A stretch of DNA of 62,112 nucleotides, filler included, from a bacterium (lineage in GTDB: Bacteria; JBDRGX01), in the NCBI GenBank assembly GCA_043817485.1. It is 7 parts of 7 records of this genome, joined end to end, with 100 filler letters (N's around TTAATTAATTAA, not from the genome) between each part and the next. Parts side by side here need not be neighbours in the genome. Positions count along the whole stretch, not along the records: positions 17,141 to 31,363 come from JBDRGX010000125.1; 6 more parts are not named here. One strand, given 5' to 3'. The translations under genes were made by a program, and so were the position numbers. How positions within the stretch are numbered: position 1 is the stretch's first letter; every line of letters begins with the position of its first letter. The notes below the pieces were generated by a model. That model saw only the letters and a program-made list of their open reading frames with translations, searched no databases and was not told the DNA's origin. Positions 20,420 to 29,137 of this stretch are shown here, piece by piece.

Positions 20420-21601
20420 TTAATTAATTCCTAAATCAGTTGGTGCTCTACCAATTGAATATAATAAATCAAGAACATATTTAATTCTTGTTTTTACATT
20501 TTCATTTGCACATACTCGTTCTGGATAAATTTCATAGAGTTCCTTGTATTTTTTGGGAGTTACGTTTATCATAAGAGAATTTGCTCCTGCCATTAATCCA
20601 TTTTTTGCCCCATTATTTTTGTCTATAGTTTCCATAGCAGTGGTTACTACTATTTTACTTTCTGGATATAATATTCTTGTTCTTGCAATTGTATTTAAGC
20701 ACTGTTCTATACTTGGAGTTTTTTCAATAGCAAGTGGAGTATCTTTATGCGGAATAAATGGACCAAAAGAAAACATTTCTGTTTGAAGTTCTGCAGTAAG
20801 ATGTATATCATTTATTATATTATCTTCTGTCTGATCAGGTAACCCAAATAAAAAACCAGTAAGTACAAGAAATCCCATTTTATTTAATTTTTTTATAATG
20901 TTTATTCTATTTTCTAATTTAAAACCAGGTTTTAATTTTTCATATAATTTTTTTTTGCTTGTTTCAAAACGCATAAGCACACCTCTTGCACCTTCATTAT
21001 ATATTTTTTCATATGTAGATATGTCTCTTTCTCCTATGCTTACAACAAGAAGCGTATTGCTTTTTACTCTTATTTTTTTTATTATATTAACAAGTATTTC
21101 ATCTGTATACCAATCATCTTCTCCTGATTGTAATACAAGAGCTTTAAATCCTAATGCATTAACAGCGTAATTTGCAGCAAAAATAATTTCATCCACTGTC
21201 ATTCTATATCTTTTTATATTTTTATTACTTTTTCTTATTCCACAATATAAACAATCATTTTTACAATAATTAGAAAATTCTATTATACCGTGAACACAAC
21301 ATGAATTTCCTGAATGCTGTTGTCTTACTGAATTTGCAATTTGATACAATGTTTTTGGTTCTTGTGCAAGCCTTAAATCAGTTTCTTTTAACTTCAAAAA
21401 AATTTCTTTCCATGTTTTAAGTAATTCCAATGCCTTTTTTTCAGGCACTTTGCTTATAACAAAACCTCCTTGAGCATAAACATATTCACCAGAATTTACT
21501 TCAAAAAATTCATTTCTGGCTTTTCTTAATTCTCCAAAGTAATCAACAATAACAAATTTGCCATTTACTTCTTTTATTTTTCCTGGGATTGAATAGCACA
21601 T
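20420..21601 (-). CDS. Fusion: N-terminal HypC-like domain + HydE-like radical SAM
   Basis: MCYSIPGKI..VDY.G..GEYVYAQGGFVI (HypC pattern); IEFSNYCKNDCLYCGIR, LQSGED, RFETS, GPFIPHKDTPL, AGANSLM.NVTP..Y..LYEIY (HydE pattern). Confidence 0.85.
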   Translation of the reverse strand: MCYSIPGKIKEVNGKFVIVDYFGELRKARNEFFEVNSGEYVYAQGGFVISKVPEKKALELLKTWKEIFLKLKETDLRLAQEPKTLYQIANSVRQQHSGNSCCVHGIIEFSNYCKNDCLYCGIRKSNKNIKRYRMTVDEIIFAANYAVNALGFKALVLQSGEDDWYTDEILVNIIKKIRVKSNTLLVVSIGERDISTYEKIYNEGARGVLMRFETSKKKLYEKLKPGFKLENRINIIKKLNKMGFLVLTGFLFGLPDQTEDNIINDIHLTAELQTEMFSFGPFIPHKDTPLAIEKTPSIEQCLNTIARTRILYPESKIVVTTAMETIDKNNGAKNGLMAGANSLMINVTPKKYKELYEIYPERVCANENVKTRIKYVLDLLYSIGRAPTDLGIN

Positions 21602-21607
21602 GTTTTT

Positions 21608-22996
21608 TTAGATAGATATATCTTTAATGAATATATCTATGCTTCCTTTTTTAATTTTTTTTAAGTATTTTTTTGTTTTATTTGCTATAATAGGATTATC
21701 TATTTTTTCAAGATAATAATTTATAATTTCATAACCCTTTTGGTACAATTTTGGAGATGCAAAATTTTCAAGATATTCAGCAAAAGTTAAAAGTCCATTA
21801 GGTCTGCAAAATTTATGAATTTCACCAGATTTGGAAAGTTTCATAAAATCCTTACCTATTCTACCTGTGCGATAACATGCAGTACAAAAGCTTGGAAGAA
21901 GTTTGTCGTTCAATACATCAAAAATAATTTCTTCTACTTTTCTTTTATCATTAATAACAAATTGAACTCTATCATCTTTTTTTCCATAACCATCTGTAAC
22001 TGTTACTGAACCTGCTGATGTTTGAGAAATACCTATTTTAAAAGCTATTTTTCTTATGTTAGGAGTTTCTCTTGTACTTATAATAAGTCCAGTATAAGGT
22101 ATGGCTAATCTTAAAATAGCAATAAGTTTTAAAAAATCTTGATCCGAAACAAGATATTTAGGTTTATATTTAACTGATGGAGCAGAACAAAATCTAGGAA
22201 CAGATATAGTATGAGGTCCTATTTCACTGATTTTGTCCATATATTGAGCATGTGAAACAAGTCCAAGTATTTCAAATCTCCAGTCATAAAGTCCAAATAA
22301 AACTCCTAACCCTCTGTCATCAAGTCCTGCTTCTAAAGCTCTATTATGAGCTGTAATTTGCCTATTATAATCAGATTTTGGTCCTTTATGTAGTTTTTCG
22401 TATGTTTGGCGATGATAAGTTTCTTGAAATAATTGATAAGTTCCTATATTTGTCTTTTTCAATTTTTTGTAATTATCTACTGTAGTAGCGGCGATATTTA
22501 CATTTATCCTTCTTATATTTCCTTTTTTTGTTTTTACTGAGTATATTGTATCAATAACTTGAACAACATAATCAATATCATTTACTTTTGGATCTTCTCC
22601 AAATTCAAGAAGTACTCTTTTATGCCCCATATTTATAAGTATTTCCACTTGTTTTTTTACTTGCTCAATGGTGATTTTTTTTCTTTTCAATTCCATATTA
22701 CTTATGTGGAAATTACAATATTCACAATCATTTACACAAAAATCAGAAACATAAAGCGGAGCAAAAAGCACTAATCTTTCACCATAAATTTCATTTTTTA
22801 TTTTTGCTGCTACTTCAAAAAGTGCTTGTTCTAATTCCGGTATTTTTAAATTTACCAGATATCCAACATCTTTAAGATTTAATCCTTTTTTGTCTTTTGC
22901 TTTATTTAAAATATCATTTATAATTTCTTTTGAAGGATTTTCAGTTTTTTTTAATAACTCATTTATTTTTAATTCATCAATTATATTTTGATTCAT
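21608..22996 (-). CDS. hydG: [FeFe]-hydrogenase maturase HydG
   Basis: FAPLY, CVNDCEYC, FQETY, GPHTISVPR, STRE, PSFCTACYR-x-FCRPN (Cx2Cx22C). Confidence 0.93.
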   Translation of the reverse strand: MNQNIIDELKINELLKKTENPSKEIINDILNKAKDKKGLNLKDVGYLVNLKIPELEQALFEVAAKIKNEIYGERLVLFAPLYVSDFCVNDCEYCNFHISNMELKRKKITIEQVKKQVEILINMGHKRVLLEFGEDPKVNDIDYVVQVIDTIYSVKTKKGNIRRINVNIAATTVDNYKKLKKTNIGTYQLFQETYHRQTYEKLHKGPKSDYNRQITAHNRALEAGLDDRGLGVLFGLYDWRFEILGLVSHAQYMDKISEIGPHTISVPRFCSAPSVKYKPKYLVSDQDFLKLIAILRLAIPYTGLIISTRETPNIRKIAFKIGISQTSAGSVTVTDGYGKKDDRVQFVINDKRKVEEIIFDVLNDKLLPSFCTACYRTGRIGKDFMKLSKSGEIHKFCRPNGLLTFAEYLENFASPKLYQKGYEIINYYLEKIDNPIIANKTKKYLKKIKKGSIDIFIKDISI

Positions 22997-23006
22997 ATAT
23001 TTTTAT

Positions 23007-23471
23007 TTATTTTTTTTGAAAATTAGAAATAAGTAATTCTACTTTTTTTACCATATTAGGAATTTTTTGTTTTATTAAGTTTGTTAAATTCAAACCAAAT
23101 TCTGTATTAGACGGTTCAATCCCAACAACCATAATATTATACTCATGATTTATTTCAAAAGCAATTTTTAACGTTTCATGAAGAGCCAATCCGTGTGTTG
23201 TAACTCCAGAATCAGCATTTATAAAATTTACATTTTTGGGATTAAATACCTTAATAGTTCCTGGTTTTTTATTCATTTTAACAGCATCTATAATTATAAT
23301 AAATTCATAATCAAAATATTTGATAACATCAAGTCCTGATATATTTTTACATATAAATCTTACATTAGCAAATGTATTTTTTTTTTCAAGATATTCTACT
23401 ACATGTATTCCAATAGCATCATCTTTTCTAAAAATATTTCCTACTCCAATAACAGATATGCCTTTTTTCAT
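23007..23471 (-). CDS. Hydrogenase maturation endopeptidase (HyaD/HycI family)
   Basis: GVGNIFRKDDAIG, IIDAV, THG, GIEP. Confidence 0.92.
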   Translation of the reverse strand: MKKGISVIGVGNIFRKDDAIGIHVVEYLEKKNTFANVRFICKNISGLDVIKYFDYEFIIIIDAVKMNKKPGTIKVFNPKNVNFINADSGVTTHGLALHETLKIAFEINHEYNIMVVGIEPSNTEFGLNLTNLIKQKIPNMVKKVELLISNFQKK

Positions 23472-23474
23472 TTA

Positions 23475-24809
23475 TTAAACAAATTCAACATTAAGATAAT
23501 GACATGAGCAAGAAATACACGGATCATAAGCTCTAATAAGCATTTCTGCTTGAATTGTTATTTCTTCTTTTGACTTATTTAAAATTTCTGGAATCATTTT
23601 TTTCAAATCCATATCGATATTTGCTAAATTTTGGTTTGTTGGAATTACACAATTTGCTTTTTCTATAAGTCCTTTGGTGTCTATTGTATAATCGTGGAAT
23701 AAAATACCCCTTGGTACTTCTACTGCACCAACACCTTTTCCAGGTTTTATTTTAAATGTTTTTTGTTCTTCTATTGTTGGCCAACTTGATACTGCTTCAT
23801 TTGCATTTATTCCATTTATAAGAAAATCTTCTATTATGGAAAGTGTGTCTCTTAAGCAATAAGCAGTTTCTACAACTTGAGCAATAGTATTCATAAATGG
23901 ATTATAACATGGAGATTGTAATCCTAAAGAATCAGCTAAATCAAGTTCTTTTTTTGAAAGTTTTTTATGATTAATATTAAACCTTGCTAAAGATCCTACC
24001 ATATATGAATTTTTTTTATTTTTTGAATGTTTTGAAGTGGAATGTTCTACATAAAATTCATGAACAAAATTAAGATAATCTTTTGGATGGATTACTCCTT
24101 CTTCAGATGAAGCAATATTTCCATCAAGAAAAGCATATTCATCAGAATGTGTTAATGCAATATATTCTGTTTTTCTTTCAAAAGATGGAAGTTTTAAAGT
24201 TTTAACAATTCCAATAACAGTATCTAAATCTTTTTCAAGATTTAGAAGCAATTTTTTCATTTTTTCAAGTTCTTTTTTGGTTGGTATTTTTGTAAAACCT
24301 CTAACACATAAAGTAATAGGATGTGTATGTCTGCCTAATAATAAATCACATAAATCACTACATATTTTTTTCATTTTCAAAGCAAGGATTACAATATCAG
24401 GATGAGTTTTAATAAGCGGAAATACACTTTCTACTCCAAGACAATCAGGTGCAACAAGAAAAAGTACATGAAGTAAATGGCTGTCTAATGTTTCAAGATG
24501 CAATGCAACCTTTCTTAATTTTTTAGTTTGTTCAGTAGGACTAAATCCTATGGCATCTTCTGTTGCTTTTATGGATGCAAGACTATGTCCTGTAGAGCAA
24601 ATACCACATATTCTCGATGTAATATGTTGTACTTCAAACATTGACCTGCCTTTTACCATCACTTCAAAAAATCTCGGAGCTTCTATTACATTTAGATGAC
24701 ATTCTTCAAGTTTGCCGTTTTTTATATTAATTTTAATGTTTCCATGTCCTTCAACTCTTGTAAGATATTCTACATTTATATTTAAATCTTTTTTAAGTTC
24801 CTGACTCAT
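23475..24809 (-). CDS. Group 3b [NiFe]-hydrogenase large (alpha) subunit
   Basis: TRVEGHG, L1 RICGICS, EVPRG, L2 DPCISCSCH plus cleavable tail YLNVEFV; ATG 24809 with GGAGG. Confidence 0.95.
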   Translation of the reverse strand: MSQELKKDLNINVEYLTRVEGHGNIKINIKNGKLEECHLNVIEAPRFFEVMVKGRSMFEVQHITSRICGICSTGHSLASIKATEDAIGFSPTEQTKKLRKVALHLETLDSHLLHVLFLVAPDCLGVESVFPLIKTHPDIVILALKMKKICSDLCDLLLGRHTHPITLCVRGFTKIPTKKELEKMKKLLLNLEKDLDTVIGIVKTLKLPSFERKTEYIALTHSDEYAFLDGNIASSEEGVIHPKDYLNFVHEFYVEHSTSKHSKNKKNSYMVGSLARFNINHKKLSKKELDLADSLGLQSPCYNPFMNTIAQVVETAYCLRDTLSIIEDFLINGINANEAVSSWPTIEEQKTFKIKPGKGVGAVEVPRGILFHDYTIDTKGLIEKANCVIPTNQNLANIDMDLKKMIPEILNKSKEEITIQAEMLIRAYDPCISCSCHYLNVEFV

Positions 24810-25566
24810 TCTTTTCCTCCATCCACATTTTAACTCCTTCATAAATATTGAATTTATCTTTAAGCATTTCTAATGTGAAACCATATTTTTTAAGTATATC
24901 TATTTGTCCTTGTTTATTATAATCTTCAAGTAGTCCTCTGCAATTATAGCATGTATTTCCATTAGACGGACACCATGCATCACATCCGGCTCTAGTTACA
25001 GGACCCATACAAACTTGACCTTTTTCAAATAAACATACATTTTCTTTTAATTTGCATTCAACACAAACAGCATGAGTTGGAATTTTATATGGTACGCCTG
25101 TTAAAAGTCCTTTTAATACTAATGCAAATTCATTGTTATTTGTAGGACATCCATGTACATATGCATCTACTTTAACAACTTGGTCTACTGGTTTAATAGA
25201 GCCTGTTTCTATTTTATCTTTTCTTCCTGGATAAACAATTTCTAATGCATTTTCTATATTATGTTTTTTAATTATTCCATTAATTCCACCTGTACAAGCA
25301 CATGCACCATAAGCTACAAGTATTTTTGCTTTATTTCTTATATCTTTTATTCTTTCTTCATCATGTAGTCTTATTATGGCTCCTTCTATTATTGCAACAT
25401 CATAATTTTCTGACCTTTCATGCATAACTTCTCTAAAATTTACTATGTCAATATGTTCAAGAATATCAAGAAGAGCAGTGTTTAAATAAGTTAATTGAAG
25501 TTGACAACCTTCACAATCTGAAAAATCAAAAAATGCAACTCTAACTTTTTTTTTTATTTCAATCAT
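24793..25566 (-). CDS. Group 3b hydrogenase small (delta) subunit
   Basis: CEGC, GACA, GCP, VCVEC..C..CMGPVTRAGC..CP..CYNCRG. Confidence 0.93.
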   Translation of the reverse strand: MIEIKKKVRVAFFDFSDCEGCQLQLTYLNTALLDILEHIDIVNFREVMHERSENYDVAIIEGAIIRLHDEERIKDIRNKAKILVAYGACACTGGINGIIKKHNIENALEIVYPGRKDKIETGSIKPVDQVVKVDAYVHGCPTNNNEFALVLKGLLTGVPYKIPTHAVCVECKLKENVCLFEKGQVCMGPVTRAGCDAWCPSNGNTCYNCRGLLEDYNKQGQIDILKKYGFTLEMLKDKFNIYEGVKMWMEEKNESGT

Positions 25567-26414
25567 ATTGCTCCTTCTATTTCTTTAATTTTATCGTAAG
25601 AAAATACCGGTCCATCTTGACAACAGTAATAATTATTTATTTGACAATGTCCACATTTTCCAAGTCCACATTTCATATGTCTTTCAAGAGAAAGAAAAAT
25701 TTGATTGTCTGGAATTTTTTTTTCCATAAGCTTAATAATTACAAATTTATACATAATAGGTGGACCACATATTATACAATAAGTTTGTTTTATATCTATA
25801 TCAACTTTGGGAATTAGTTCTGTAATTAATCCTATATTTCCTTTCCAATCAGGAGCAGTTTTATCAACTGTGCATTGAAAATGAATATCTGTGAGTTTTT
25901 CCCATTTTTCTATTTCATCAGTATATAAAAGCTGTTTTGGTTCTTTACAACCAAGGAGTATAACAACTTTACCAAAATCTTTTCTTTTATCTAACACAAA
26001 ATTAATTAATGACCTTAACGGTGCTATTCCAAGTCCTCCAGCTATAAATAATAAATCTTTTCCCTTTAATTCATCAACAGGAAATCCATGTCCAAATGGA
26101 CCTCTTATTCCTATTTTATCTCCTTCTTTTAAGGTATGTAAAACTGATGTAAAATTACCTGCTTTTCTTACACAAATCTCAAAAAATCCCTTTTGAGTAG
26201 GAGAGGAAGAAATAGAGATAGGAGCTTCTCCAACTCCAAATATGGATATTTCAGCAAATTGTCCAGGGGAATGTTCAAGGTTTTTGTTCTCTTCTAATTC
26301 AATTTTAAACCATTTTTCCATAGCAGTCATTTGTTTTATATCAGTAATGATTCCTATTTTTGGAATATAAAGAGATTCCATATTTTTGTATTTTTCTGTT
26401 ATTATATTATTCAT
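25563..26414 (-). CDS. Group 3b hydrogenase gamma subunit (FAD/NAD(P), 2Fe-2S; AsrB-like)
   Basis: PGQF, RGPFG, AGGLGIAPLRS, CGPPIM, ERHMKCGLGKCGHC..CQDGPVF. Confidence 0.93.
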   Translation of the reverse strand: MNNIITEKYKNMESLYIPKIGIITDIKQMTAMEKWFKIELEENKNLEHSPGQFAEISIFGVGEAPISISSSPTQKGFFEICVRKAGNFTSVLHTLKEGDKIGIRGPFGHGFPVDELKGKDLLFIAGGLGIAPLRSLINFVLDKRKDFGKVVILLGCKEPKQLLYTDEIEKWEKLTDIHFQCTVDKTAPDWKGNIGLITELIPKVDIDIKQTYCIICGPPIMYKFVIIKLMEKKIPDNQIFLSLERHMKCGLGKCGHCQINNYYCCQDGPVFSYDKIKEIEGAI

Positions 26415-27448
26415 ATATTTTCCTTTGCTAAAGAGTTAATAGTTTCATATAAATTAATTTTTGCCATACAAGCTCTTGTACAACGTCCACAACCTACACA
26501 AAAATTTCTATTATATTTTTCAACACAATATAAAAATTTTCTGAAAAATCTATGTTGTTGTCGACTTTTTCTTTCTTCTCTGAAATTTTCACCACCAGCA
26601 ACTTCAGCAAAATTTTTCAATTGACATGAATCCCATGTTCTGTATCTTTTTCCTTCTTTTAAATTTAATTCAATGTCATCTTTTACATCAAAACAATAAC
26701 AAGTTGGACATACATTTGTACAATTACCACAGGATACACATTTTTTTCCGATTTCATCCCATAATGTATTTTTTTTTGTTTTACTTAATATTTTTCCTAT
26801 TTCATCATGATTTGGGATAAGATTTTTTTTCCATTTTTCATCTTTTTCCTGTCTATTTTTACTTAATTTATATTCAATGTCTGAAATATCTTTAAAAACA
26901 AATTTATAATTGTTAACAAGATTTTCGCCTTCAGGCGAATTAATCTGAATAGCATATTCTTCCCCAATATCAGTAAGCATAAGGTCATATCCACCCTTTG
27001 GATTATTGGTTCCCATAGTAATGCAGGTTGCATGTTCATCACATGGTTCAAGACATTCAATGCCTATTATTATAATATTTTTTTTTCTTTTAAAAAAAGT
27101 TTTATCAATAGGATTTACTCCACATGCATTATCAAGACATAATATTCCTGCAATATCACATGTATGAGCACCGAAAATAATTAAAGGAGTTTGATCTATA
27201 TTCGATGTTTCTGCTTTTATATTTTCAATTTTAAAAGAAAATAAAGTTTCTTCTTGTGGAAGATAATATTTTTTCAAAGAAAGAATTGGAGGTTTGTGAA
27301 GAAGAATAAGTTCTTCAGGCGAATCAAGAAAATTTATTACATATTGATTTTCTTTTCTTGTTGGACCTGCTATTCTGTACTTGTTTTTTAGAGATTCAAA
27401 CAAATTTTTTATTTTTTGTTTTTCTATAGTATAGTATTTCATAAACAC
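26411..27448 (-). CDS. Group 3b hydrogenase beta subunit (4Fe-4S dicluster; AsrA-like)
   Basis: CVSCGNCTNVCPTCYC, WDSC, CVGCGRCTRAC. Confidence 0.93.
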   Translation of the reverse strand: MFMKYYTIEKQKIKNLFESLKNKYRIAGPTRKENQYVINFLDSPEELILLHKPPILSLKKYYLPQEETLFSFKIENIKAETSNIDQTPLIIFGAHTCDIAGILCLDNACGVNPIDKTFFKRKKNIIIIGIECLEPCDEHATCITMGTNNPKGGYDLMLTDIGEEYAIQINSPEGENLVNNYKFVFKDISDIEYKLSKNRQEKDEKWKKNLIPNHDEIGKILSKTKKNTLWDEIGKKCVSCGNCTNVCPTCYCFDVKDDIELNLKEGKRYRTWDSCQLKNFAEVAGGENFREERKSRQQHRFFRKFLYCVEKYNRNFCVGCGRCTRACMAKINLYETINSLAKENI

Positions 27449-27469
27449 CTTTCACCTTTCACCTTAAAT

Positions 27470-28354
27470 TTATTTTGGGAATGTTTTGTTTTCCTTTTTT
27501 TCTGTGTCTTTTACATAAGTGGTCCAATAAAATAATCCTACAAAAATTGCTCCACCAATAATATTTCCAATTGTTACTGGAATTAAGTTATTTACAAAAA
27601 ACCCTTTCCATGTTAATTTTACTAAATCTAAACCATCAGTTACTAAAGCAGAACCTTTTAAGAAAATTCCTAATGGAATAAAATACATATTAGCAATAGA
27701 GTGCTCAAAACCTAATGCTGCAAATGTCATTATGGGAAAAAATATAGCAAATATTTTTCCTATAACTTGTCTTGAAGCAAGAGCCATCCATATAGCTAAA
27801 CACACAAGCCAATTACATAAAATACCACGAGTTAAACATTCTGTAAAAGTTAATCCAACCTTTGTATTAGCTATTTTAACTGCACTAAGACCTACTGCCA
27901 TATCTCCCATTTTCCAAAGATTTGTTTTATAATAAAGAGCAGCTAAAAGCATAGCACCAATAAAATTAGCTATATAAACAATCATCCATTTATAAAGCAT
28001 TTTTTCAAATCTTAATTTTTTATCTGCTACACTCATTAACATTAAGGTATTGCCAGTAAAAAGTTCTGCACCGCAAATTACTACAAGCATAAGTCCTACA
28101 GAGAATAAAGCACCAGTTATAAATCTTGCTAAACCTAATCCTAAATATTTTGCAACATCATGACCACCTAAAGTCGAAATGCAACCTCCGAAACCAATGT
28201 AAGCACCAGCTAAAATTCCTAAAATAATTATTTTAGCATCAATCATCATTGCTTTTTGTATGCCTACAGTTCTTGTAAGTGTTTCTGCAACAATAGCACC
28301 AGTACGACAATCTACATTTACTACTGGTATTATTGCTGGTTGTTGTTTTTCCAT
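27470..28354 (-). CDS. Formate/nitrite transporter (FNT) family channel
   Basis: LAGAYI, GAELFTGN, LCNWLVC, GFEHSIANM, GNIIGG. Confidence 0.93.
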   Translation of the reverse strand: MEKQQPAIIPVVNVDCRTGAIVAETLTRTVGIQKAMMIDAKIIILGILAGAYIGFGGCISTLGGHDVAKYLGLGLARFITGALFSVGLMLVVICGAELFTGNTLMLMSVADKKLRFEKMLYKWMIVYIANFIGAMLLAALYYKTNLWKMGDMAVGLSAVKIANTKVGLTFTECLTRGILCNWLVCLAIWMALASRQVIGKIFAIFFPIMTFAALGFEHSIANMYFIPLGIFLKGSALVTDGLDLVKLTWKGFFVNNLIPVTIGNIIGGAIFVGLFYWTTYVKDTEKKENKTFPK

Positions 28355-28376
28355 GCTTTTTACTCTTTTCTTTTTT

Positions 28377-28409
28377 TTGTGATAAATATCACTGTGATAT
28401 TTATCACTG
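28377..28409. promoter_or_regulatory. Two overlapping Rex-type operators upstream of the FNT-hydrogenase operon
   Basis: TTGTGATAAATATCACTG and CTGTGATATTTATCACTG; together a 29-bp palindrome GTGATAAATATCAC-t-GTGATATTTATCAC; resembles TTGTGA-N6-TCACAA. Confidence 0.8.
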
Positions 28410-28426
28410 GTTAAAATAAAAAAAAT

Positions 28427-29053
28427 TTATTTTACTACTGAAAAATAACGAAGTGCTTTAATTTCAATTGTTAAATCTACATTTCGTAATGTAATTTCTT
28501 TAGGAACATTTAAAACTACAGGTGCAAAATTTAAAATACTAAAAACACCAGATTCAATTAATTTATCTGCAATCATTTGAGCATTATCATATGAAACAGC
28601 GATAATTCCAATATGAATATTATTTTTTTTAACACTTTCTTTAATATTACTTATATCTTCTACTATAATATTTCCACATAATTTTCCAATTTTATTTTTA
28701 TCTTGATCAAATGCAGCTACGAATTTCAAACCTTCTTGTTCAAATCCTTTATAATTTAAAAGAGCAGATCCTAAATTACCTACACCTACAATAGCAAGAT
28801 TACACATTTTTTTTGCATTAATAATATCTAACAAGTATTTTTTTAAATTTAATACATTGTATCCTTTTCCTGGTTGTCCAAATTTCCCAAAATTAGCTAA
28901 ATCTTTTCTAATTTGAAAAGCATTAATATTTGTTATTTCAGCAAGTTCTTCAGATGAAATATTTATTTTTTCTTGTTCAATTTGTTGAACAATTCTTAAA
29001 TATTGTAAAATTCTTGGAATAACTATTTCAGAAATTTTTTTCTCTTCTAACAT
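28427..29053 (-). CDS. rex: Redox-sensing transcriptional repressor Rex
   Basis: ISSEELA, QIRKDLANFG..G.PGKGY, VGVGNLG, ILNFAP. Confidence 0.95.
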   Translation of the reverse strand: MLEEKKISEIVIPRILQYLRIVQQIEQEKINISSEELAEITNINAFQIRKDLANFGKFGQPGKGYNVLNLKKYLLDIINAKKMCNLAIVGVGNLGSALLNYKGFEQEGLKFVAAFDQDKNKIGKLCGNIIVEDISNIKESVKKNNIHIGIIAVSYDNAQMIADKLIESGVFSILNFAPVVLNVPKEITLRNVDLTIEIKALRYFSVVK

Positions 29054-29076
29054 TTATTTATTCCTTTTTTAAAAAT

Positions 29077-29113
29077 TTGTGATAAATATTACAATTCAAT
29101 AAAAATATGTCAA
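29077..29113 (-). promoter_or_regulatory. rex promoter with Rex box over the -10 element
   Basis: Minus-strand TTGACA (29113-29108), 16 nt, TAATAT; TTGTGATAAATATTACAA at 29077-29094. Confidence 0.75.
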
Positions 29114-29137
29114 GATTTTTTTAAAAATTGTGAAAAA

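Noticed and set aside
20420-21350. Calling the radical SAM BioB or PylB
   Set aside because: Motifs and adjacency to hydG favour HydE; no bio or pyl genes nearby. Phylogeny is still needed.
21608-22996. Calling the radical SAM ThiH
   Set aside because: It has the HydG-specific Cx2Cx22C tail and GPHTISVPR; no thiG/thiS nearby.
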